Assembly: GCA_965223705.1 (NCBI GenBank)
Contig: OZ245015.1
Span: 1,856,001 to 1,920,000, forward strand
Direction of reading: 5' to 3'
DNA: 64,000 bases
Source: Myxococcota bacterium
GTDB taxonomy: Bacteria; Myxococcota_A; UBA9160; UBA6930
Position 1 is the stretch's first letter, and each line of letters begins with the position of its first letter. This document shows, piece after piece, positions 55,655 through 64,000 of this stretch. A program made the position numbers and the translations under genes. Under the pieces are notes generated by a model that was not told the DNA's origin, did no database searches, and worked only from the letters and a program-made list of their open reading frames with translations.

Positions 55655-57256
55655 ATGCAGAGAATCGAAACGGCCCTGGATATCAACGGCCGCGCGTTTC
55701 GCGAGAACCGTGAGGCGAGCGAGACGCGCAACGCCACCCTTCGAGAGCGACTGCAGCACGTCGTTTCAGGCGGACGTGCGAGGTCCATCGAGCGTCACAA
55801 GAGCCGCGGCAAGATCATGGTCCGCGACCGCATCGACATGGTGGTCGACCCGGACAGCGCCTTTCTCGAGCTGTCGAGCTTGGCGGGTTTCGGTCAGTAC
55901 GGCGACGAGGCTCCCGGCGCCGCCATCGTGACCGGCATCGGCGTCGTGCACGGAACGCCCTGCATGTTCATCGCGAACGACGCGACCGTGAAAGGCGGAT
56001 CGCTACTCCCGGCATCGATCAAGAAGCACGTTCGCGCTCAGGAGATCGCCCTCGAGAACGAGCTTCCGACGCTCTACCTCGTCGATAGTGGGGGCGCCTT
56101 CCTGCCGCTGCAGGACGAAGTCTTCCCCGACAAGGACCACTTCGGCGGCACGTTCTATCAACAAGCCCGGATGTCGGCAGCTGGCCTGCCGCAGATCTCG
56201 GTCGTCCTCGGCGGGTGCACCGCCGGCGGCGCCTACGTGCCGGCGCTGTCCGACGAAGTTGTCATCGTGAAGGGGATCGGTCGGATCTTCCTGGGCGGAC
56301 CGCCCATCGTAAAAGCGGCGCTCAACGAAATCGTCGACGCGGAGACGCTGGGCGGAGCGGACGTGCACACCCTCGAATCCGGGGTCGCCGACTACGTCGC
56401 GTACGATGAGGCGGAGGCGTACGGAAAAGTCCGCGACCTCGTGAAGCACCTGAATCGGCCGCGCGGGAACTTCGTCACGCCTCGCGAAGCGAAGCCGCCG
56501 CGGTACGCGCCGGAGGAGCTCGGCGGCGTCATCAGTGCCGACCCCCGAATCCCGTTCGACGTGAAGGAGATCATCGCGCGCATCGTGGACGATTCGGAGT
56601 TTCAAGAATGGAAGCCGCGCTATGGCACGTCCATCGTCTGCGGCACGGCCTGGATCCACGGGTATCCCGTCGGGATCATCGGAAACAACGGCATCATTTT
56701 CTCGGAGGCCGCGCTCAAAGCGACCCACTTCATCGAAATGTGCAATCAGCGCGAGATCCCGCTGTTGTTCCTGCAGAACACCACGGGGTACATGGTGGGA
56801 AAGGACGCCGAGGCCGGCGGCATCGCGAAGGATGGCGCGAAGATGGTCGCCGCGGTCGCCAACAGCACGGTCCCGAAGTTCACCGTGCTCGTCGGAGGCT
56901 CCTACGGCGCGGGCAACTACGGGATGTGCGGTCGTGGCTTCCGACCGCGATTTCTCTTCTCGTGGCCGAACGCGCGGATCGCGACGATGAGCGCCGAGAC
57001 CGCTGAAACGGTACTGGTCGATATCCGCCTCGGGGGTCTCAAGGCGGAGGAGACGAGCGAAGACCAGATCGAGGCGCTGCGCGCCGAAGTGCGCGACCAG
57101 TACGAGACCCAGTCGGATCCCTACTACGCGACCTCGCGTATCTGGGACGACGGACTCATAGAACCGGCACAAACCCGCGACGTGATCGGCCTTTGCCTGG
57201 CCCTGGCGGCGGGGCAGGAGCCGACACCCGGGCGCTACCGCGTCTTCCGGATGTAG
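55655..57256 (+). CDS. acyl-CoA carboxylase beta subunit (methylcrotonyl/geranyl-CoA carboxylase-like)
   Basis: ANDATVKGG, VDSGGAFLP, CTAGGAY, GGSYGAGNYGMCGR. Confidence 0.92.
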   Translation: MQRIETALDINGRAFRENREASETRNATLRERLQHVVSGGRARSIERHKSRGKIMVRDRIDMVVDPDSAFLELSSLAGFGQYGDEAPGAAIVTGIGVVHGTPCMFIANDATVKGGSLLPASIKKHVRAQEIALENELPTLYLVDSGGAFLPLQDEVFPDKDHFGGTFYQQARMSAAGLPQISVVLGGCTAGGAYVPALSDEVVIVKGIGRIFLGGPPIVKAALNEIVDAETLGGADVHTLESGVADYVAYDEAEAYGKVRDLVKHLNRPRGNFVTPREAKPPRYAPEELGGVISADPRIPFDVKEIIARIVDDSEFQEWKPRYGTSIVCGTAWIHGYPVGIIGNNGIIFSEAALKATHFIEMCNQREIPLLFLQNTTGYMVGKDAEAGGIAKDGAKMVAAVANSTVPKFTVLVGGSYGAGNYGMCGRGFRPRFLFSWPNARIATMSAETAETVLVDIRLGGLKAEETSEDQIEALRAEVRDQYETQSDPYYATSRIWDDGLIEPAQTRDVIGLCLALAAGQEPTPGRYRVFRM

Positions 57257-57258
57257 CG

Positions 57259-59223
57259 ATGATCGAGTCGCTTCTCATCGCCAACCGCGGGGAAATCGCG
57301 GTACGGATCATCGAAACCTGCCGCCGTCTCGGCATCCGTTCGGTCGCCGTCTATTCCGACGCCGATCGCGAAGCGCTCCACGCACGAAGTGCGGACGCCG
57401 CCGTCGGCATCGGGCCGCCGCCGGCCGCGGAGAGTTATCTCGATCCGGAGCGACTGCTTCGCGCGGCCGCCGTCGCCGACGTCGAAGCGGTGCATCCGGG
57501 CTACGGATTCTTGTCGGAGAACGCGGCTTTCGCCGAGGCCGTCGTCGCGGCGGGACTCACCTGGGTGGGGCCCCATCCCGAAGCGATGCGCCGGATGGCC
57601 TCGAAGATCGAGGCTCGAAAACTCGCCGAAGAGCTCGGCATTCCGATCATTCCAGGGACCGACGACGTCAAAGATCCCGCGCTGTGGTCGCGCGCCGCAG
57701 AATCGGTCGGCTTTCCCCTGATGATCAAGGCGAGCGCGGGAGGGGGGGGCCGCGGCATCCGCATTGTTCACGCCGCCGGCGACCTCGAGAGCTCCGCGAA
57801 GCAAGCCCGTGCGGAGGCCGAGGCGGCTTTCGGCGACGGGCGGCTGATCTTCGAGCGTTACGTCGCGGTGCCTCGCCACGTCGAAGTGCAGGTTCTGGGA
57901 GACCGCCACGGGAACGCCGTCCACCTGTTCGAACGAGAGTGCTCGATCCAGCGCCGCCACCAAAAGGTCGTCGAGGAGGCGCCGGCTGCGTACCTGACGG
58001 AAGATCAGCGCGCCGCACTGTACGGCCACGCGCTGCGCCTCTGCGAGGCGATCGGCTACGACTCTGCCGGGACCGTCGAGTTCTTGATCGATTCCGAATC
58101 GGGTGACGTCTTCTTTCTCGAGATGAACACCCGGCTTCAGGTCGAGCACCCGGTGACGGAGTGTGTGACGGGTGTCGATCTCGTGGCGTTGCAGCTGCGG
58201 AGTGCTTCGGGAGAGGTGCTTCCCATGAGGCAAGAGGATCTTCGCGTCGAAGGTTCCTCGATCGAAGTGCGCGTCAACGCAGAGGATCCGGATCGCGGCT
58301 TCCTACCCCAGACCGGTCGGATCTGGGCCTATCGGCCGCCGCCCGGTGCGCGCCTCGACAGCGGCGTGGCGTCCGGCAGCGAGATTCCCCAGCACTACGA
58401 TTCGCTGCTCGCGAAGTTGATCGTGCACGGTGCGGATCGCGATGCGGCGTGCGGCAAGCTCGCGCGCGCGTTGACCGAGACCGTGCTCGCTGGCGTGACC
58501 ACGAACTTGGGGTATTTGCAACGCCTGGTTCGGTTGCCGGCGTTTCGCACCGGGCGTCTGTCGACGCGTTTCCTCGAAGACAACGAAGCGGCGCTCTCTG
58601 CGGCGGGGAAGGGGCTTCCCGCCCCGGTGTTCGCCGCCTTGGCCCTCTCGACGCCGTCGGGCCCGTCGGCGGGCTCGCCGTGGCAAGCCCTCGGTCGCTG
58701 GCGCTTGCTGGCAGAAGCCGGCCATCCCGGCGTGACACGCTGGTTCCTCGAGGGAGCGGACGGCGTCGAAGAAGTCGAGATCGAGGGCGAGATCGCGCGG
58801 CACCGTGGCCGGACGTACGACGTCGAAGCTTCGTGGCTCGGCGAAGATCAGCTCTCGGTGACCTGGGACGGTGTGCGCCACCGCGTGGCCGTCGCGCGGG
58901 CGATGGACCACATCGAGGTCACCGCCCCCGACGTGCGCGCCGCGTTTCGGATCGTGCCGGCCGAAGAAGTGTGGGCCCGCCGCTCAGGGGGCTCGACCGG
59001 CGAGGCCGAAGGCATCGTCGCGCCGTTCCCGGGCCTCGTCACGGAAGTCCGGGTCGCCGCCGGTGACCACGTCGAAGAAGGTTCGGTCGTGGTCGTTCTC
59101 GAGGCGATGAAAATGATGCACAACCTGGTCGCGAGCGGCGCGGGCGAGGTCGACGCCGTGCTGTGCGAGGTCGGCGCGTCCGTCGAGGGCGGCCAGGTCT
59201 TGGTGCGCTTTACCGACGCTTGA
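57259..59223 (+). CDS. acyl-CoA carboxylase alpha subunit (biotin carboxylase + BCCP)
   Basis: ATG 57259. LIANRGEIA, HPGYGFLSEN, ERECSIQRRHQK, EMNTRLQVEHPVTE, biotin site EAMKM. Confidence 0.93.
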   Translation: MIESLLIANRGEIAVRIIETCRRLGIRSVAVYSDADREALHARSADAAVGIGPPPAAESYLDPERLLRAAAVADVEAVHPGYGFLSENAAFAEAVVAAGLTWVGPHPEAMRRMASKIEARKLAEELGIPIIPGTDDVKDPALWSRAAESVGFPLMIKASAGGGGRGIRIVHAAGDLESSAKQARAEAEAAFGDGRLIFERYVAVPRHVEVQVLGDRHGNAVHLFERECSIQRRHQKVVEEAPAAYLTEDQRAALYGHALRLCEAIGYDSAGTVEFLIDSESGDVFFLEMNTRLQVEHPVTECVTGVDLVALQLRSASGEVLPMRQEDLRVEGSSIEVRVNAEDPDRGFLPQTGRIWAYRPPPGARLDSGVASGSEIPQHYDSLLAKLIVHGADRDAACGKLARALTETVLAGVTTNLGYLQRLVRLPAFRTGRLSTRFLEDNEAALSAAGKGLPAPVFAALALSTPSGPSAGSPWQALGRWRLLAEAGHPGVTRWFLEGADGVEEVEIEGEIARHRGRTYDVEASWLGEDQLSVTWDGVRHRVAVARAMDHIEVTAPDVRAAFRIVPAEEVWARRSGGSTGEAEGIVAPFPGLVTEVRVAAGDHVEEGSVVVVLEAMKMMHNLVASGAGEVDAVLCEVGASVEGGQVLVRFTDA

Positions 59224-59305
59224 TGGCAGCGGGAGCTTGCTAGCCTCAGCCGGTGTCTAACGGCGAGTAGGCATGCCGAAGGGCATGGGATAGGGGGACG
59301 CAACT

Positions 59306-60202
59306 ATGCGCATCATGTTGTTTTTATTGACGAACGTGGCCGTCATCGTCGTGGCCAGCATCGTGCTGAGTTTGCTCGGGGTCGAGAGCATCCTCCAAGA
59401 GAACGGAGTCGATCTCAACCTAACGAGCCTGCTCATCTTTTCGGCCGTCTTCGGCATGGCGGGTTCTTTCGTCTCGCTGTTGATGTCGAAATGGATCGCC
59501 GTCCGCAGCACGGGCGCGCAGGTCATCAAAGAGCCCCGCGGTGAGGGGGAGATCTGGCTGGTCGAGACCGTCCGCCAGCAGGCCGCCGCTGCCGGGATCG
59601 GCATGCCCGACGTCGCCATCTTTCAGTCCGACACGCCGAATGCGTTCGCCACGGGGGCCAAGAGGAATTCCGCGCTGGTCGCCGTCAGCACCGGGCTCCT
59701 TCGCGGGATGAACCGGGATGAAGTCGAGGCCGTGCTCGCCCACGAAGTGAGTCATGTCGCGAACGGCGACATGATCACCCTCACGTTGATCCAAGGGGTG
59801 GTGAACACGTTCGTGATCTTCTTCTCGCGCGTCGTCGGCCACGTCGTCGATCGCACGGTCTTCAAGACCGAGCGAGGCTACGGCCCGGGCTACTACATCA
59901 CGTCGATCGCCGCGCAAATCATCTTCGGCATTCTCGCGAGCGTTATCGTCCACTGGTTCTCGCGGCGCCGCGAGTTCCGCGCGGACGCGGGCGGCGCGCG
60001 TTTGGCCGGCGCCGACAAGATGATCGCTGCGCTCGAACGCCTCAAGCGCGGCGTCGAAGGCGAGCCGCTGCCGGAGTCCCTGTCGGCCTTCGGTATCTCG
60101 AGCGGAGGCAAGAAGAGCCTCGCGGCGATGTTCTCGACGCACCCGAGTCTCGACGACCGGATCGCGGCGCTACGCGCCGCTTCCGGTCACTCGCGCGCCT
60201 AG
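59306..60202 (+). CDS. htpX: membrane zinc protease HtpX
   Basis: [18 protein letters not shown] (HExxH), [15 protein letters not shown]. Confidence 0.95.
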   Translation: MRIMLFLLTNVAVIVVASIVLSLLGVESILQENGVDLNLTSLLIFSAVFGMAGSFVSLLMSKWIAVRSTGAQVIKEPRGEGEIWLVETVRQQAAAAGIGMPDVAIFQSDTPNAFATGAKRNSALVAVSTGLLRGMNRDEVEAVLAHEVSHVANGDMITLTLIQGVVNTFVIFFSRVVGHVVDRTVFKTERGYGPGYYITSIAAQIIFGILASVIVHWFSRRREFRADAGGARLAGADKMIAALERLKRGVEGEPLPESLSAFGISSGGKKSLAAMFSTHPSLDDRIAALRAASGHSRA

Positions 60203-60678
60203 CGGCGCACTTCTGCGATGAGGTGGAGGCGCAGATCCGGCGCGTGCAGCGGCGCTTCGATCTCGCCGGCGCGGACTTCCTCGCTACCGCGCAGCCGGAT
60301 CTTCGTGCCGCGGCGCTGGCCGTTCGCGTCGGTCACTTCGAGCCGTAGCCAACGTCGGCGCTCGAGCGACAGGGGGCGGACTTCGACGGGGCCGTGACCC
60401 TCGACCTCGATGCGCAGCGGCTGGAACAACGCCAGCCGCACTCGCTCGTCGTGGAGCGGCAGAGCCTGCCGTTCTCGCAACACACGGACGTGTAAGTCGA
60501 CGATGACCGGGCGCGGACGGATGCGCGGCGGGGATCCGAACTGAGCCCGGCCGGGGAGCGCCGAGCACACGCTGAACAGGATCGCCCAGAGCCACGTCCA
60601 AACCCATGTTCGAGTGGGGATCGGTCGCCTCTTGAAAACGCCTCGGGTAGGGTGCGGGGCGATGACTGTGAGGACCAT
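60199..60678 (-). CDS. hypothetical, possibly exported protein; start uncertain
   Basis: Fills the gap between htpX and the next gene. Hydrophobic segment [14 protein letters not shown], beta-rich remainder. Confidence 0.4.
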   Translation of the reverse strand: MVLTVIAPHPTRGVFKRRPIPTRTWVWTWLWAILFSVCSALPGRAQFGSPPRIRPRPVIVDLHVRVLRERQALPLHDERVRLALFQPLRIEVEGHGPVEVRPLSLERRRWLRLEVTDANGQRRGTKIRLRGSEEVRAGEIEAPLHAPDLRLHLIAEVRR

Positions 60679-60681
60679 GCC

Positions 60682-62913
60682 GTGAGGATAGTCGCGTGGG
60701 CGCTGTGGGTGTGCCTTCTGTGTGCCACCCCTGCCTTCTCGGAGATTCCGGTCTCCGAGCTGCCGGCGCGTGCGCAGGCCTTGGCCGCTCGAGTCGCTTC
60801 AGGCGCGCGTCCACCGGCTCTGGCCGCAGCGGCCGAAGAGTTCGGTCAGTTGGTCGATCGGGCTCGAGCCGCGAACGCCCGGGCGCCCGCCGTCGATCGG
60901 CTGCTCTCCGCGGGCGTGGCCCTCGCGGATGCCATCGAGCGTGAGCGGGACCGCCTCGAAGATGCGACCGGCGATCGCGAAGACGCGCTCGAAGCCCTCT
61001 ACGCGTCCGACGATTGGCGACGGCTCGATTACGCCGCCGTGTTGCACCGCTACTGGACGGGCTGGGCCGAGATCCGCCGCGGTGAGGTCTCGGAAGGCGC
61101 CGCGCGCAAGAAAGCCTTCCAACGCGCGGAGCGGGCGTTCTCGCGGACGTCCCTCGAAGTCTCGCTCCCGCGCGTCGCGACGCTCTCGCTTCTCGGGGCG
61201 GCGATCGCTCGGCGTGAGCTGGGAGCGACGGCCCGGGCCCGGCAGGCCCTCGAGCGATTCGAGGCGCAAGTCACGCGTTCGGGAGATGCCGAGCTCCTGG
61301 CACCGGCGCTGCTCGAAGCGACGCGACTGGCTCTCGACGAAGGGGATCTCGAGCGAGCGGATGCCTTGTTTGCGCGGATTCCCGCCGATCGGATCGGGAC
61401 CGAACAGCGCATGGGTTTCGAGCAGCTCCGCACCGAAGCGCTGCTCGCCGCGGCGAAGAAAGGGGATCCGGGCGCTGCAGCTCGCGCCGCCACCTCGCTG
61501 CGAAAACTGCTCGCCGCCGGGGGCGACTACGCTCGCGCTGCGGTGGCCATGGCGATGACCCACCGCGAGCAACTGGCCGCTGCGGACCTTGGAACGCTCG
61601 GCGCCTGGCTCGCCGCGGAAGACGCCTACGCCGACGGACGCTACGCCGACGCCCGGGATCGCTACGCCGCGCTTCTCGGCGAAGGGAACGCACCGCCCGG
61701 TCTCGATCGCAACGTCGCCCGCTACAAGTTCGCCGCTGCGGTCAGTCAGGCGGGCGGGAACCGCGCCGCGGCCCTTGCGGCGCTCGACGCTCTCCTCGCC
61801 GGCGACCAGGGCGGGGAGCTCCGACAGCCGGCGGCCCGCATGGCCTTCGCACTCGCCGCCCTCGAGCACGACGCGAAACGCGACGCGAACAGCGAGGCGC
61901 GCCTTTCGCGCGAAGCGCGTCGCCTCCTCGCCGTCGATCCCGGGGCGCCGGCGGCCGATCAAGCCCGAGTGATTGTCGCCCGTTCGGGCAAGGGAGACTC
62001 CCTCGCACTGCTCGACGCCGTCGCACCTGAGAGCCCGACGTTCGGGAACGCGCTCGCCGAGCGCGTTCGCCTCCGCGGCGTGCGTCTTCAGCGGCGAGAG
62101 AATCGCGGTCGACGTCCGGACGCGTCCGAAGCGCGACGGCTCCTCGCGGATCTCGACACGTTGGTGGCGCGCGAACGCGCGCCCGACCCGACGAGGGATC
62201 GCCAGCTGCGTCTCCTCGCCGCCAAGGCGAGCCAATGGTCCGGGGCGCCGGTCGACCGCGTGCTCGCGCGCGTCGCGGCAGCGGAGGTGCCAGGGCAGAG
62301 CGCTTCGCAGAGCCGCGCCCTGCTGCGGGTGAGGCTCGCAGCACTCGCGGGAGCGCGTCGCTTCGACGCCGCCCTCGCCGAGTTTGCACGCGCCACGGAC
62401 CGGGACGTGCGCCGCGACTACGCCGTCTGGAGCGAGGCCGCCAGGCGCCTGGCCGCAGCCGGGCTCCCCGCGCGCCGGCGCGAGCCCCTGTGGGCGAGGC
62501 TCGCGCGCAATGCACCGGACGCGTCCGAGGCGTCCGCGCGGCTCGAGTGGGCGAAGACCCTCCACGCGACGGGAGACTCAGCCGGCGCGGTCCGCGAAGC
62601 CGACCTCCTCCTGGCCGCCGATCCGACCTGGGGCGATCCGGCCCTCCTGAGGGCGCGGGCACTCACCGGATTGCCCGACCACGCCGCGAGCGTCGAAGCC
62701 TGGGGGGCGGTGGTGAGCGGCGTCGAGCCAGGCGAGCCTCTCTGGGCGGAAGCGCTGCTCGAGATGGCGGCCGCCGCACGGCGCGCTGACGACGAAAAGG
62801 CGGCATGCCTCCCGGTCGCAGCTCTCCGGGCGCCGGAGTGGGCCGACGCCCCTTGGATGAAAAAGGTCGAGGAAAGGCTCGCCGAACTCGAGGTCGGTTG
62901 CCCCGGAAGCTGA
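60682..62913 (+). CDS. large exported alpha-helical (TPR-like) hypothetical protein
   Basis: GTG 60682, signal peptide ending PAFS-E, Ala/Arg/Leu-rich helical repeats such as AEDAYADGRYADARDRYAALL. Confidence 0.7.
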   Translation: MRIVAWALWVCLLCATPAFSEIPVSELPARAQALAARVASGARPPALAAAAEEFGQLVDRARAANARAPAVDRLLSAGVALADAIERERDRLEDATGDREDALEALYASDDWRRLDYAAVLHRYWTGWAEIRRGEVSEGAARKKAFQRAERAFSRTSLEVSLPRVATLSLLGAAIARRELGATARARQALERFEAQVTRSGDAELLAPALLEATRLALDEGDLERADALFARIPADRIGTEQRMGFEQLRTEALLAAAKKGDPGAAARAATSLRKLLAAGGDYARAAVAMAMTHREQLAAADLGTLGAWLAAEDAYADGRYADARDRYAALLGEGNAPPGLDRNVARYKFAAAVSQAGGNRAAALAALDALLAGDQGGELRQPAARMAFALAALEHDAKRDANSEARLSREARRLLAVDPGAPAADQARVIVARSGKGDSLALLDAVAPESPTFGNALAERVRLRGVRLQRRENRGRRPDASEARRLLADLDTLVARERAPDPTRDRQLRLLAAKASQWSGAPVDRVLARVAAAEVPGQSASQSRALLRVRLAALAGARRFDAALAEFARATDRDVRRDYAVWSEAARRLAAAGLPARRREPLWARLARNAPDASEASARLEWAKTLHATGDSAGAVREADLLLAADPTWGDPALLRARALTGLPDHAASVEAWGAVVSGVEPGEPLWAEALLEMAAAARRADDEKAACLPVAALRAPEWADAPWMKKVEERLAELEVGCPGS

Positions 62914-62925
62914 GCGTCTGCCAGA

Positions 62926-63222
62926 ATGCGCCCCGTGCCGAAGCAGGACGACTCGGAGCCGAAGGAAAGCACCCGCGCAACCGCCTACTGGCGCGCCAAT
63001 CTCCGCATCATGGGGTGTCTGCTCTTGGTGTGGGCACTCGTGTCCTACGGGCTGGGCATCGTTTTCTCCGAAGCGCTCGACGCCTACCGACTCGGCGGCT
63101 TTCCCCTGGGCTTCTGGTTCGGGCAGCAGGGCGCGATCTACGTCTTCGTCGTCCTGATTTTCGTCTACGCGATTTGGATGGACCGGCTCGATCGTCGCTA
63201 CGAAGGGGATGACGCGCGGTGA
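62926..63222 (+). CDS. DUF4212-type small membrane subunit of a solute:sodium symporter
   Basis: AYWRANL, GFPLGFWFGQQGAI, MDRLD. Confidence 0.9.
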   Translation: MRPVPKQDDSEPKESTRATAYWRANLRIMGCLLLVWALVSYGLGIVFSEALDAYRLGGFPLGFWFGQQGAIYVFVVLIFVYAIWMDRLDRRYEGDDAR

Positions 63223-64000
63223 GCGTCCAGGCGTGGACCTACCTCCTGGTCGGCGTGACCTTCGCGATCTACGTCGGGATCGCGGTCTGGAGCCGCGTGG
63301 GCTCGACCAGTGGGTTCTATGTCGCGGGCCGGGGTGTGCCCGCCCTCGCAAACGGAATGGCGACCGGGGCGGACTGGATGAGCGCGGCGTCGTTTATCTC
63401 CCTGGCCGGCCTCGTCTCGTTCATGGGCTGGACCGGCGCGATGTATCTCATGGGGTGGACCGGCGGGTACGTGCTCCTCGCGCTCCTGCTCGCCCCGTAC
63501 CTCCGCAAGTACGGGAAGTTCACCACCTCGGAGTTCATCGGCGATCGTTACGATTCCCAGACGGCGCGCGTCGTCGCTGCGCTCTGCACCCTTTTTGTCT
63601 CCTTCACCTACGTCGCGGGCCAGATGCGCGGGGTCGGGGTCGTGTTCTCGCGCTTCCTCGAAGTGCCGGTCGACGTCGGCGTCGTCATCGGGATGGGGCT
63701 GGTGTTCCTCTACGCGACTCTCGGCGGGATGCGTGGGATCACATACACCCAAGTCGCGCAGTACGGCGTGCTCATCGTCGCGTATCTCATCCCGGCGGCC
63801 GCCATCTCGTGGCAAATGACGGGGCACGTCGTTCCACAAATAGGTTTCGGGGCTGAGATCCAAGTCGGCGAAAATGCTGGGATGTTTCTTCTCGAGACAC
63901 TCGATGCGCTGCATCGCGAACTCGGCCTTCCCGAATACACCGCAGCGTTCGTGCCGGGTAAGCGCACGATGGCCGACGTGCTGGCGATCACCCTCGCGCT
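63219..64000 (+). CDS. sodium:solute symporter (ActP-like), truncated by the window edge
   Basis: Manual translation from GTG 63219: FYVAGRGV..NGMATGADWMSAASFISLAG..APYLRKYGKFT..GGMRGITYTQVAQY. Confidence 0.92.
   Translation, partial: MSVQAWTYLLVGVTFAIYVGIAVWSRVGSTSGFYVAGRGVPALANGMATGADWMSAASFISLAGLVSFMGWTGAMYLMGWTGGYVLLALLLAPYLRKYGKFTTSEFIGDRYDSQTARVVAALCTLFVSFTYVAGQMRGVGVVFSRFLEVPVDVGVVIGMGLVFLYATLGGMRGITYTQVAQYGVLIVAYLIPAAAISWQMTGHVVPQIGFGAEIQVGENAGMFLLETLDALHRELGLPEYTAAFVPGKRTMADVLAITLA

Overview
GC-rich, gene-dense bacterial window with about 60 CDSs. The gene content (many SDR, LLM, CaiB, enoyl-CoA hydratase and BVMO enzymes, two ECF sigma modules) suggests a Myxococcota/Deltaproteobacteria-like organism, which is inference only. 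It holds one tRNA-Arg(CCG). I saw no rRNA, CRISPR array, integrase or transposase. The most notable locus is 30.6-35.4 kb, which has three parts. (i) A rhodanese + class III nucleotide cyclase gene that the ORF track splits at an in-frame UGA. The UGA lies in the rhodanese active-site loop (YCL-U-SGE) and is followed by a bacterial-SECIS-like hairpin, so this is probably a selenoprotein cyclase, and its base-specifying residues are non-canonical. (ii) Divergent from it, 47 bp away, a LolA-like protein and an MMPL/RND exporter with a C-terminal cNMP-binding domain. (iii) Convergent with it, a c-di-GMP-I (GEMM-I) riboswitch with U at the ligand-pairing position that is normally C92, upstream of an unannotated 28-aa hydrophobic ORF. 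A second candidate system at 45-51.5 kb pairs an alpha-oxoamine synthase and a Fem/GNAT-like gene with a divergent hybrid kinase, a CqsA/CqsS-like layout. Other items are a decapitated ABC-transporter remnant, surface-protein genes next to the tRNA, a CpxR-type box and an ECF42-type promoter. All family assignments come from motif recognition by eye; no searches were run.
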